Shown here: positions 26,056 to 38,597 of the stretch, one piece after another
How positions within the stretch are numbered: the first letter of the stretch is position 1
Layout: each line of letters begins with the position of its first letter
Assembly: GCF_006345805.1 (NCBI RefSeq)
Contig: NC_042999.1
Span: forward strand, 11,098,001 to 11,162,000
Direction of reading: 5' to 3'
DNA length: 64,000 bases
From: Octopus sinensis
Taxonomy: Eukaryota
The notes under the pieces: generated by a model
Databases searched by the model: none
Seen by the model: only the letters and a program-made list of their open reading frames with translations
Told to the model about the DNA's origin: nothing
Program-made: the position numbers and the translations under genes

Positions 26056-26060
<5 letters not shown>
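23217..26060. repeat. Near-identical tandem duplication, period ~1495 bp (23217-24560 vs 24719-26060), bounded by (TAA)n
   Basis: ORFs 23983-24309 and 25478-25804 give identical 108-aa translations. Differences are mostly small indels near the junction. Confidence 0.92.
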
Positions 26061-26124
<64 letters not shown>

Positions 26125-26141
26125 TTAATAATAATAATAAT

Positions 26142-26238
<97 letters not shown>

Positions 26239-26263
26239 TAATAATAATAATAATAATAATAAT

Positions 26264-26294
<31 letters not shown>

Positions 26295-26380
26295 CAATGA
26301 GTTTCTTTGTCCTAGGAGTCGGGAAGACACTCGGCAAGAAATGGAAGCAAATTTGAAAGAAGAAGAAAAACCCATAAACA
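26295..26380 (+). mobile_element. Very short R4/Dong-like 3' UTR end embedded in (TAA)n
   Basis: gtcctaggagtcgggaagacactcggcaagaaatggaagcaaatttgaaagaagaagaaaaa resembles gccctaggtgtatggaaaacactctgtgagaaacggaagaaaatttgaagaaagaagaaaaa, the 3' UTR of fragment 4 (12124-12188). TAA repeats on both sides. Confidence 0.65.
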
Positions 26381-26544
26381 ATAATAATAATAATAATGCG
26401 GATGGTTACAGCAAAATATAACAATGCTGACGATAGTGATGATGACAATGATGACTACAGCAATAATGACATTGATGATGATGATGATGATGATAACAAT
26501 GATGAAGATGAAGATGATGATGATGATGATGATTTTGTTTTCAG

Positions 26545-26700
26545 TTGTGTTTGTCTGTCTGTGGAGACAAGATATCTCAAGAACCGATGGATGGATTCCA
26601 ATGAAACTTTCAGGGATGTTTGCCCTCATGACTGACACAAACTGATTAGATTTTGGGATCAATCCGGTAGTGGACAAGGATTCTGGATTATTTCTTTTAT
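26545..26700 (+). mobile_element. Possible non-autonomous Helitron-like repeat fragment
   Basis: gtctgtctgtggagacaagatatctcaagaaccgatggatggattccaatgaaactttcaggg resembles, from memory, the body of short Helitron-derived repeats. No termini confirmed. Confidence 0.3.
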
Positions 26701-27014
26701 ATTTTCTTTACATGCATTTTGTAAAGTTTCACATACTTTTTTTGTACACACACACACACACCTCTACACACACACACACCTCTACCACACACACACCTCT
26801 ACACACACACACACCTCTACACACACACACACCTCTACACACACACACACCTCTACACATACACCTCTACACACACATATACTCACACTTAAAATGCCGT
26901 TTGTCGGATTTTTCACTCCTTCCTTCATTGTTCATCTATCACCCCTTCCTTTCTCATTCATATGACACTCTCTTTGCCATTTATCTCCTCTACCTTCACC
27001 TCTCACTCTAGCTC

Positions 27015-27056
<42 letters not shown>

Positions 27057-27092
27057 TATATATATTATATATATATATACACACATATATAC

Positions 27093-27125
<33 letters not shown>

Positions 27126-27429
27126 ATATATATATATATATATATGTACAAACATGTAAAAAGATAACACTCATTATTATATTAGGAGATTATACATACA
27201 TTTTAACACTTTACAGTATACTTACATATATACATAATTCTATACACCGATTGAAAATAAGAGGATTACTGAAGGAAGACTGGAATTTAAGAGAAGAGAA
27301 AAGCAAAATGTCTCATGATATTCATTGAAGGATTTTATTTCAGATATTCTCATTTTAAAAATCCTTTCTGCCTAATCGTTGAGGGGACATTGGTATTGCA
27401 TTGGCAGAGGTATGCCCTCTCTGAGTGCT

Positions 27430-28110
27430 CTTGTTATCATTGTTTTACTTCTCAGAACTTTCGGTCTTGTTTGTTCTGGTAGATTCTCTGAGAGCGGACA
27501 GCAGCCTGCAGTCAGAGGTCTCACAGGGTCTCTTTCCGCACATTATAAGCTTTGATATTTGGTCGTTAATTATCGTGGGAGACATTCAACATCCAAGTGT
27601 CAATCTCAAAATCCTAGCTGTCCCCAACAGAGCAGTATTTTTGGGGCTTACTCTGCTCTCATGTCAATTCCATTTTCTTTGATATATTTCTCAAACTTGG
27701 TTGTTAGTGCTGCGAGTGTCCCTACACCATGACAGACACTCTCCTCATAATCCTCATTCTTGCAATTTCGTCTTTTAGTAGTCTGTACTTTTCAATCTTT
27801 TCTAATTCTTTTTCACTTATTCGTGCATCCCCAGATATTGCAATATCTATAATCTTGGCTTCCTTTTTTCCTTTACTTGCCACAACAATATCTGGTTTCT
27901 GAGAATAGATTAGGGAGTCATATTGGATTGTGAAACCCCACAGTGTCATATTCCTTGTTCTTGGTGACTCCTTCTGGTTCATGTTCATACCATTTCTGTG
28001 GCCATGCTTTTCACATAGTGTCCAGTGAACAAACTTAGCCACGTTATCATGCCACTGACCGGTTGTCCCTAGACTGTCACCAACGTGATTAAGGATCCTT
28101 CTCTGCCTCA
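27430..28110 (-). mobile_element. R4/Dong-like RLE 3' fragment
   Basis: HDNVAKFVHWTLCEKHG...LWGFTIQYDSLIYSQKPDIVV...IIDIAISGDARISEKELEKIEKYRLLKDEIARM...LLGTARILRLTLGC*. 3' UTR shared with 10365-10505. Confidence 0.85.
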
Positions 28111-28359
28111 GTTTTTTAATTAGGGTGTTCTTTCTCCTAGACAGACTCCTAAACAAGGCTAACAAGTTATTTCCCCCCTTTTTTGATGGCCATTGACTCT
28201 TTTGAGTTTCTCTGCCCCTTGCCGGGTCTTGTTTTTCATCCCACAGGTGTCCAAAAATCGATAGTCACCCTCCTCACCAAGCAAGCTGAGTGCCATTGCC
28301 AGTCTAGTTGCCCATCGCCTGACCATTTCACACACTGCATCACATGTCAATCATAATTA

Positions 28360-28690
28360 TTGCCTTTTTCAAATATTTCAAGATCACAACATACATGTAC
28401 ACTGCAACATAATTTCTTTTCCTCAACAGGCCCTGCCCTATTTAACATTGTCCCGAGGGAGATCAAAGAGGAAAAGGATCCCATCAACTTTAAACGGAGT
28501 CTGGATAGATTCCTTCAAAGAATACCAGATAAGCCACCCATAATTGGATACAACTCACCCAACAAGAACTCACTACTTAAACAAAACTTAACTTAAACAG
28601 GATTCGAATAATCTTATCAGGTGGTGCTATTAAGTTAGACATGGCCTGGACCAATCTTTGGTCGAAACATATCTAAGTTTATCTAAGTTA
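28360..28690 (+). mobile_element. CR1-clade LINE 3' end (second family)
   Basis: STGPALFNIVPREIKEEKDPINFKRSLDRFLQRIPDKP is homologous to GPQLFNIL...KLDLFLSGVPDEP at ~19430-19525. 3' stem-loop GACCA-atctt-TGGTC-gaaac and a (tatctaagtt)x2 tail. Confidence 0.75.
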
Positions 28691-29569
28691 TAACTGTTGT
28701 AACATTCACCACTTTCCCTCGTTATTCTCATTAGTAACTTTGCTAACACAATCACTGTTACCACTATTTATTGTTGTTGTTGTTGTTGTTATCGTTAACG
28801 TCAGTGGCAGTCATAGCTCTGTTGTGATCTGTGTTGTTGTTGTTGTTGTTACCATCTTCCTGGTTCAGGCTATTTTCCATGCCATCAATGGAGTGTTGCT
28901 GCTGCCATCACCACTGCTGTTGTTCTTTCTATACTTGCCACTCTTGCTGTTATCTTCCCCTACGACTCCCTTCTGTCATCACCAGGATGCTGTTGTTGAT
29001 GTCATCATTGCTATTTCGGGGGGGGGGGCTGTTGCCCAAAGAGGGAGAACAGATTTCGGTCCGGCACCTAAACTGCTGCTGCTGCTGCTGCACTCTGCAG
29101 GGCGACAAGGAGAAGGTGTTGAGTGTGGGGAGGGGATAGTCATGAAGGCAACGTGATCGGTCAGGTGTTTGGTTCGTCAAGTGTTTGTAATGCCTGGTGG
29201 TGGTGGATAGGGGATATGTGGAAGGGGGTGGAGATATTACCTCCTTTATAACTATTATTATTTTTTTTTGACAGACAGTGACTCTTTTCACAAGACAGAT
29301 GCAAAGATAGGTGTAACATGGGTGCAGGCACCATTTGAAGTTTGAAAGGTAAAAATAAGCAACAGGTAAATGGAGAAAATGAGAAACGCTCTGTTGAGAC
29401 ATGATTATGATAACAGATGGAGAATTTACAGAGGCAAAACTTGCGGCTTGTAGGTTATTATTACTTGGCACCATCAATACTACTATCCTCCTTCCCTCCT
29501 CCCCTCCTCCTCCCCCTCCTCCTCCTGATCATCATCGTCGTCATCATCATCATCATCGTCGTCATCATC

Positions 29570-29770
29570 CACTTTCCATGTTTATAAGGGTCAGATGGAA
29601 TTTGTCAAGGCAGACTTGTGTTGGACTCAGATGCTCTTCCTGTCACCGACCTTCACCCGTTTCCTTATAAGGAAATATTTTCCCCATGGACTGACGTTTT
29701 CCACAAACGATTGGAAACAGACATCAGCTGTATAATGGTGACACTTGTTTGCAAGCATCAAGTAAGGTCA
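29570..29770 (-). mobile_element. Older dispersed repeat with a ggtgacaggaagagcatc box and (GAT)n tail
   Basis: gatgctcttcctgtcaccgaccttcacccgtttcc...tattttccccatgg. Related copies at ~23345-23530, 34375-34570, 47990-48170 and 53730-53890. Family not identified. Confidence 0.55.
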
Positions 29771-29922
29771 AGACTAGGATACACAGACACACACACACAC
29801 TCACCTGTGCACACACACACACATACATATATACATACAGACATGTATACACACACACATATGCACATACACATACAGACATTCATACATCCATGTACAC
29901 ACACACATACTCACCTGCACAC

Positions 29923-29954
<32 letters not shown>

Positions 29955-29984
29955 GCATACATACATACAGACATGTACACACAT

Positions 29985-30069
<85 letters not shown>

Positions 30070-30127
30070 GTATCATCATCATTTAATGTGTGTTGTCTAT
30101 GCTAGCATGGGCTGGTAAGCTGAGGGG

Positions 30128-31457
30128 CTGCACTTTAAAGGAAGGCATGAAATGCCCATCTTGTATGATGTTGGCACCGAAGGAAGTCATCTGGAACACG
30201 CAGTTGTAGGCACATATCTACTTGAGAAAGTCACAAGAAGAAGGAGACGTCTCTGTCAAAAGATCAGTCAAAAGGGGTGGAGGATCTTGTAGAAGAGGTA
30301 CTGTAATCTTACCATTGGAGCAGCACATACTGGGAGTTTCTCCAGGCCATTTTTTAGCTCCACAAAATGGGCAGATTGTGGACTTGCCGCTTATTTGAAC
30401 GTCAGGGTGATTACTGTTGTCAGTTGAATGCTGTCAGTTGACCAATGTGAGGAGCATGGCCTTGAGTAGGAACGTCGTGCAGCCCTTTGCTGAGTTGTAA
30501 CCTCCAGTCGTTGTTGTCTTTCCCCTGTAGTCTCCGTAGTGCGCACGGCAGCAGTTGCTCCTGTAACTCGAACTGTACCTTGTGTGGCAGTCTCTGCAGC
30601 TCGTGCAGCAGCAGTTACTGCAGCATCTCTTGTAAGTTGAACTATGCATTGTGCTGCAGTCGCTGCAGTAGAGGAAGCCTTTCTTGTTCGGCATGCTGAA
30701 CATTGTTCGTTGCTCTTGGCAGCTCATTGCACAGCAATACATGCTAACCGATCACAATGCTGCTCTTCACTTTACCTTCTTTCCACTGAAGCCATCCTAA
30801 GCGCATTGAGAGAGTTCCTGCTGGTGGCGCCCTCAGCAGATTCATTTGCATGCATGCATTTACTTTTCTTTGCAGCATTTGTTTGCTGACCTATATTGGA
30901 CCTTTTGCGTCAAGGCATGGTGGAAAATTATCAGTTTACACAATAGAAAATGTCCTGAGGAAAAAGCGGTGAATGTGTAGCACCCAAAAAATAGTAAAAT
31001 GTAGTTGGCAAAAATGTTAATCAAACAGACCACATAAGTGTTTTTAATTTTGGGTAAGATTTTTGAAGTGGCCAGTTTAAGTTGGAATAATTATATGAAA
31101 AAGAGTGCTCACGTGAAAACAGAGGCAAATCATAACTCGCAAATGAATACTGCTGGCAGTACAGTGCAAGCAGTCAATAAGAGCTCGCTACAGCTGACGA
31201 AGTAAAGTAGTGATTTTTTCCAGCTGGGTAGGTGTCACGTTTTTTATGTTGGCTCAAACCAAATCCTAGGCAAATTGAGAGTAGTCTATTTATCTTGGGG
31301 GTACAGAATTTCAAGGAAAAAAATTATAAGAAAATGCATCCTAGGTCAAAGAGAGCACACATTTCATATTTGGTGACATTTGGTTGAAAACTGTAGGAGT
31401 AGAAGTGGTTCTCACAACACACACACACACACACAACTTACCTTTTAACATATAAGA
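30128..31457 (-). mobile_element. Helitron 5' portion (RepHel N-terminus, pseudogenised)
   Basis: ccaccATG at 30918 gives MP*RKRSNIGQQTNAAKK; ETTGERQQRL-type repeat; CPFCGAKKWPGETPSMCCSNGK zinc motif (30308-30373); FLK*ICAYNCVFQMTSFGANIIQDGHFMPSFKVQ. Candidate A|TC 5' terminus (tcttatatgttaaaa) at 31457. Confidence 0.82.
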
Positions 31458-32054
31458 TCAAACGCATAGCAGAAACTTTGCCAGATCAGATTGGAGCCTG
31501 GTGCAGCCTTCTGGCCTGCCAGTCCTCAGTCTGTGGATGTTAAACGATGATGATGATGGTGATGATATATACACACACGCACATATATATACACGCATAC
31601 ATATGCATATACATGCATGAAAGTATAAACCTATTAGCTCATAATACTTACCTATTATTTCACAGTTCCTTAAATACAGCAAAAAAAGGGATTATATTTA
31701 TAAAACAATAAGGCTCAAAAGGAAAGTGGACGATGGAAAATAGTCATGATGTTGGTGGTGGTGGTGGTGCGGCGGTGGTGGTGGTGGTGGCCGCAGCGGT
31801 GGTGGTGGTGGTGGCCGCAGCGGTGGTGGTGGTGTGGTGGTGGTGGAAAGTGAAGGAGGAGATAAAGAAAAAGAATGATGCAGGTCAGGAGAAGAATGAG
31901 GATAACAATGGCCATTGATTGTCTGATCATCCCCTTCCACGGATTCTTTTGTTTATCTTATTTTATTTTTGATTTTATGAGGATTGTTTCTGTTTCAATC
32001 CCTTGTAGTTTTGGACATATGAGGGCAGGCCGCTTGCTGACACAGCCTGGAAAG

Positions 32055-32531
32055 AGCACACACACACACACACATGCACTCATGCACACACACACATGCA
32101 CACACACACATGCACACACATGCACATACACACACACACACATGCACACACACACATGCACACACATGCACACACGTACACATGCACACACACACATGCA
32201 CACACACATACATGCACACACACATGCACACACACACACATGCACACACATATGCACACACACACACATGCACGCACACACACATGCACACACACACACA
32301 CACACATATATTCTTTTATTCTTTTTCGTTTTACTTGTTTCAGTCATTTGACTGCGGCCATGCTGGAGCACCGCCTTTATTCGAACAAATCGACCCCAGG
32401 ACTTACTCTTTGTAAGCCTACTACTTTTTCTATTGGTCTCTTTTGCCAAACTACTAAGTAACAGGGACATAAACACACCAACATCGGTGTCAAGCAATGG
32501 TGAGAGTACAAACACACACACACAAACGTAT

Positions 32532-32571
<40 letters not shown>

Positions 32572-32617
32572 TTATATATATATACTATATATATATATAT
32601 ACTTATATATATATATA

Positions 32618-32686
<69 letters not shown>

Positions 32687-32699
32687 TATATATATATAA

Positions 32700-32743
<44 letters not shown>

Positions 32744-32754
32744 GTACATATATA

Positions 32755-32790
<36 letters not shown>

Positions 32791-33660
32791 CATACATACA
32801 TACATATATACATCTGTTGTCCAGTTAAGCCACATCATTGGACTGCCCAGTGATGGCTCAGCTGGCCAAAACTTCGAAGTCACAGTCAGCAATATTCCTT
32901 TTAAAGAATAATAAATTTGTTCTTTGCAAAAGAATGGAACGAGCGACCGGGTTAATGGGAAACTGTGTTTATTGTTAACTGGACATAAAAAGAAAAGAAA
33001 AACATGTGTGTTTGTGTGTGTGTGTGTGTGTATGTGCATGTGTATGCGTGGGTGTGTTTGTGTGTATGTGTGTGTTTGTGCATGTGTGTGTTTGTGTGTG
33101 TGTATGTGTTTGTGTGTATGTGTGTGTTTGTGTATGTGTGTGTTTGTGCATGTGTGTGTTTGTGTATGTTTGTGTATGTGCATGTCTGCCTCTGTGTGTG
33201 TGTGTGTGTATGTGTGTGTATGCGTGTGTGTTTGTGTGTGTGTATGTGTTTGTGTGTATGTGTGTGTTTGTGTATGTGTGTGTTTGTGCATGTGTGTGTG
33301 TTTGTGTATGTTTGTGTATGTGCATGTCTGCCTCTGTGTGTGTGTGTGTGTGTATGTGTGTGTATGCGTGTGTGTTTTGTGTGTGTATGTGTTTGTGTGT
33401 ATGTGTGTGTTTGTGTATGTGTGTGTTTGTGCATGTGTGTGTGTTTGTGTATGTGTGTGTATGTGCATGTTTGCCTCTGTGTGTGTGTGTGTATGTGTGT
33501 ATGTTTGTGTGTGTGTATGAGTTTGTGTGTGTATGTGCATGTCTGTGTATGTGTGTGTATGTGCATGTGTGCATGTGTGTGTGTATGTGCATGTGTGCTT
33601 GTGTGTGTGTGTATGTGCATGTGTGCATGTGTGTGTGTGTGTATAAAAATACACACACAC
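32055..33660. repeat. Microsatellite cluster: (CACACATG)n, (TA)n and a TG-rich block with ~143-bp higher-order period
   Basis: Direct inspection. gtgcatgtctgcctctgtg recurs near 33178, 33321 and 33463. A SINE A 3' half lies at ~32310-32520. Confidence 0.9.
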
Positions 33661-33781
33661 ACATAAACTAAAATCCATGCTCATAAAATCCTGCAACAAA
33701 AGTCAAGAAAACGTATCCTATCGTTAAATCTTTAAAACATGTTGGGCAAACATGAAGCAAAACACAAAGACAGATGCATAA

Positions 33782-33826
<45 letters not shown>

Positions 33827-34334
33827 TATATAGACACATATATAAACAATTGTATGACTCATCAAGGAATATGGAACAAACATGCTTTGGTCCTTTATCT
33901 GGAATAAACAAATCCATGATAATCAATAAAAAAGGTTTGCATTGGGCATCGCCGTTGGCAACGCAATCAATAGAAAGACATCAAGAAACACAAATGCTGC
34001 CAATAAAAACTCATCAATTGATTGACTGCTTTCTATAAAATGACAACTTTTGTTGTGAGACAGCCCCATTTGAATCACCTGGCAAACATACCAACACCAC
34101 CAGGTATTCAAACAGAAATAACAACCGCAAAAAATAAACACTAGAAGATTCTCTACTCTGTCGCTTGATCTGCCAGAAACAGCAGTTAAATTCTAATTAA
34201 AGTTACTTCGAAATGCCTTTAAAAAATATGAAAATGTTGAGAGGGATCTGTTGGTATTTTAGGCTGACAGAGATGAAGTCTAAATAAAAGATGGGATGAA
34301 ACGCTTTCCATCATAGATGTATTATGTGTATTTG

Positions 34335-34370
<36 letters not shown>

Positions 34371-34599
34371 TGTTTTAATGTCTCCTTTTCTGTACTTGCA
34401 TGTGTCAGGAGGTAGATTTTTCTACAGCCAGGTGTCCTGCCTGTTGCCAACCTCCCCCTGTTTCCAAGCAGAGTAACATTTCCCCATGGCTGGTCTTATC
34501 TTTGCAGAAGTTTGGGAACCAAATGACATTGGTCGTATGGCAGAGAGAAACAGTGAATGATATCAAGACAAAGGGACACATCATCATCATCATCACCAT

Positions 34600-34990
34600 C
34601 GTCCTTGTCATCGTTTAACGTCCATTTTCCATGCTGGCATGGGTTGGACGGTTTGACTGGGGTCTGAGAAGCCAGGAGGCTGCACCAGGCTCCAATCTGA
34701 TCTGGCAATGTTTCTACAACTGGCTGCCCTTCCTAATGCCAACCACTCCGAGAGTGTAGTGGGTGCTTTTTACATGCTACCAGCACAGGAGCTCAAATGG
34801 TGGTTTTTACATGCCACCGGTGCAGGATCTAGTCGGGTGGCACTGGCATCGACCATGTTCATATGGTGCATTTTACGTTCCACCAGCACGGGACCCAGTC
34901 CAGTGGAACTGGCATTGACCACACTTGAATGGTGCTTTCTACATGCCACCAGCATGGGTATCAGTCATGTGGGACTGGCATCAGCCATGT
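34600..34990 (-). mobile_element. RTE-LINE 3' UTR
   Basis: tttaacgtccattttccatgctggcatgggttggacg...cccttcctaatgccaaccactccgagagtgtagtgggtgctttttacatgc and diverged tandem units. Confidence 0.78.
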
Positions 34991-37094
34991 CAATGCATAC
35001 ACAAACACACACATGCCAGGCTTCCTTCAGTTTCTATCCACCAAATTCATTCACAAGGTATGGATATCTTGCTCATCATTTTCCCGCCCAAGGTGCTATG
35101 CAGTGGAACTGAACCTGAAACCAAACCACTGGGATGGAAGCTTTGGAACCAACAGAGTCAACAAGCCAAATATCCCATAGGCTTTACTTAGAAAATTTGG
35201 AGGAAATAACAAACAAGATATCCATGTCTTGGTCCAACCCTTGCCAGCATGGAACATGGATGTTAAATGAAGCTGCGTGATGACCTCATGAGTCCTGGTG
35301 CCATAACAAATGCACCCAATAAATGCAGTGAAGCAGTGTTTGGAAAAATGTCCAACTGTAGAAACCATACAAATCGCAGTTCAGTTCTCTGGCTTATCGG
35401 ATCCTGTCAAACGGTCCAACCCATGCCAGCATGGATGAGGGATTTTAAATGATGACGATGGACTTTTTTTTCTGATTTTTCTCCCAGAACCATATACCCC
35501 CCAGTAGGTAACGAAGACAGCTTTTGGTTGAGTGAAACTAATTAATTGAAAAATGAAGCACTTATGTTATGCTATTTACTTATTTGTGAATATAAAATTT
35601 AACGATGAAAATATAAGTCTATCTTTTAAGTTTATAATTACTGACAACAAACTGTTACGTTTTGGCATACTTTATGATTGTAACATTGTCACACACCGAC
35701 ACAAGAATCCAATTAATTTTAATTTTACGCTGTGAGATGTGACGCTATTATATATATATATGTCAGTATAGAATGTCAGTACGGTCTGGTAGATAAGCTG
35801 TTTGCATTCATCACAGTCCAAAGAATTGATCCATAACCCATTCTTATTATCACCTTTCCAATTAATCTCTCATTTGTTGGATTGTGTAGAGTTATAGTTT
35901 GCAGATCTGTCTTGAACAAGATTTCAAACGACAAATGTAATTATAAATGCATTAGGAAGCTATGTTTGGTGCAGCATGAAATCTTGATTATAAATTTGTT
36001 CGAGGTTTGACAGCAATAAATATTTTGTTATTACTTAGACATAATAGAATCCAGGAAACTAATACATTGCATTGCTTGAACACAAGTTTGAGTAAAGAGT
36101 AAGAAAGATTATTGAGACCGAAGAAAGATAAAATGGTTACTTATTCTCCATGGTAAAGAGAATTTCTCTGCAGGAACAGTTTTCACAGTGAAGGTCTTCC
36201 CATGTTTTAGTCTACTCATACATGTTAAACATAATTGCACACACAAATATTTCAATCAACACTGCTTCAAGTACCTTTAATTAATTAATTCCAGCTTGAC
36301 GAAGCATTGCACATACCAGCAAATTATTATTTGCTGTTTAGATATAAGAACAGCAATTCTTCTTAAGGTTTGAATAACCGATTTGGTGTGTCTAGCTAAT
36401 GGAGCATGACAACACAGAAGCACATGTCTTATGATCAAATTATATCATTCAGAACTCAGTTTTTTTTTTTTTCACATGCCTTGATACAGTTGTTCTCACA
36501 AAACAATTCCTACAACAAATGTCCTTTCATGCTTGAATATACATGAACATGTTAAATATAACAGTATACACCTATATTGCTATCAACATTGCTTTTAATT
36601 AATTAAATGTTCTTCATTTTCTAGTAACAAAAATAGAAGATTGGTATGATTTAAAAACACAAAGTACCCAATATATTGGTATATTGGCAATTAGCGCCAT
36701 AGGGTCACACTGGAAAAAAGAACCAAGAAATAAAGAAGTAATAATAGAGATAAAATAGCCGGCCCCTCCACAGCGCTTGCTCTGCTCACGCTGTGCCACT
36801 GGGAGCAATTCTTTGGTTGTAAAAATTGAATGTCTAAATAGACTTCAGTTTTATGGAGCACTTGCTGTCTTTCGTTTTAATTATAGAGAAAAATAGTTAT
36901 TTCTTGTTATGGGAATGGCTGTCTGGTTAAGAAGCTCACTTTGCAATCTTGTTGCTTTGAGTTCAGTTCTTCAGTAGAGAAACTTGGACAAGTGCCTTCT
37001 GCTATAGCCTCAGGCCAATTAATGCCATGCGAGGGAATTTAGCAGATAGAAACTGTATGGACGCCTGTTGTGTGTGTGTGTGTGTATATATATA

Positions 37095-38495
37095 TCATCA
37101 TCATCATCATCATCATCGTTTAACGTCCGTTTTCCATGCTAGCATGGGTTGGACGGTTCGACCAGGGTCTGGGAAGCCAGGAGGCTGCACCAGTCTGATC
37201 TGGCAGTGTTTCTACAGCTGGATGCTTTTCCTAACGCCAACCACTCCGTGAGTGTAGTGGCTGCTTTTTATGTGCCACCAGCACAGGTGCCAGGGGAGGC
37301 TGGCAACGGCCATGATCAGTTGGTACTTTTTACATGCCACCAGCATGGAAGCAAGTCAAAGCGGTGCTGGCATTGGCCACGTTCGGATGGTGCTTTTTAC
37401 GTGCCACCGGCACAGGTATCACAACTACAATTTACATTTGATTTTTATTTTGATGCTGATGTACTTGACTCAATAGGTCTCCTCAAGCACAGCAGGTCGC
37501 CCTACAATCCAAGGTAAGTAGAGCAGGCCGTCCTGCGATCCAAGGCACTTTGGAAGGGCTGGGGCTTCTATGTGAAGCTGGTGCAGGAAACAGCCATGAA
37601 CTCACGTTATTTGTCGGGTCTTCGCAGTCACAGAATATCTCCAGAGGTCTTGGTCTTCTGTCATTGCTTTTGTGAGATCCAACGTTCGAAGGTCATGCTT
37701 GACCACCTCATCCCATGTCTTCCTGAGTCTTCCTCTACCCCGGATTCCTTCAACTGTTTGGGAGTGGCACTTCTTCACACATCTCTCCTCATCCATCCAT
37801 AGTACATGACCATATCAGCACAGACGTCTCTCTTGCACTCCACATCTGATGCTTCTTATGTCTAGCCTTGCAGTCAGAGCACTTACACTCTGCCGTGTAT
37901 GCATACTGACATTATACATCCAGCGGATCATGCTAGCTTCATTTCTTTCAAGCCTACACATGTCCTCTGCAGTCACAGCCCGTGTTTCACTACCATGAAG
38001 CATGGCAGTTTGCACACATGCATCGTACAATCTGCCTTTCACTCTGAGCGAGAGACTCTTTGTCACCAGTAGGGGTAGGAGCTTTCTAAACTTTGCCCAG
38101 GCTATTCGTATTCTAGTGGTGACACTCTCTGAGCATCCGCCCTCACAACTAACTTGGTCACCCAGGTAGCGGAAACTATCAACTACTTCTAGTTTCTTCC
38201 CCTGGAGTCTGATGGAATCTGTTTTCTGAGTATCAATGGTGTCTATTGCCCCTGTGCATCTGCCGCACATGAAAGCTATCTTCTCGGTTAATTTTCCTTT
38301 GATGTTGCTGCGCCTCTTATGCATCCATAGCTTACATTGGGTACATCTTATGGAGTTTCTACCTACACCTTTTCTACAGATCGAGCAGGGCCACCTACCT
38401 AAGGGGGTGTGTGATGAGTTCGCCATCCTACTTACTAGAATTTTGGTCTTTGCTACATTGACTCTAAGGCCTTTTGATTCTAAACCTAGCTTCCA
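37095..38495 (-). mobile_element. 5'-truncated RTE-clade LINE: RT C-terminal half with a PHD-like finger, 3' UTR and (GAT)n tail
   Basis: LESKGLRVNVAKTKIL...WPCSICRKGVGRNSIRCTQCKLWMHKR...FMCGRC...LEVVDSFRYLGD...RIRIAWAKFRKLLPLL...KGRLYDACVQTAMLHGSET...VEGIRGRGRLRKTWDEVVKHDL. The UTR is continuous with the dispersed tail family. Confidence 0.92.
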
Positions 38496-38499
38496 CATG

Positions 38500-38531
<32 letters not shown>

Positions 38532-38597
38532 TCTATGTATGTATGTATGTATGTATGTATGTATGTGTGTGCACGTGTGTGTGTATGTGTGTGTGAA

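Noticed and set aside
28740-29480. Low-complexity Asn/Ser/Gln-rich open frames that could be an exon
   Set aside because: Built largely of (AAC)n and (CAG)n microsatellites, every frame is interrupted by stops, and no domain is recognisable.
35840-36710. Possible chain of small minus-strand exons (CDPMALIANIPIYW / TKTWEDLHCETVPAEKFSLPWRI / NLQTITLHNPTNERLIGK)
   Set aside because: Phases can be made compatible, but one acceptor lacks a pyrimidine tract, donors are weak and I recognise no protein. Such chains arise by chance in AT-rich DNA; RNA-seq or BLASTX would decide.
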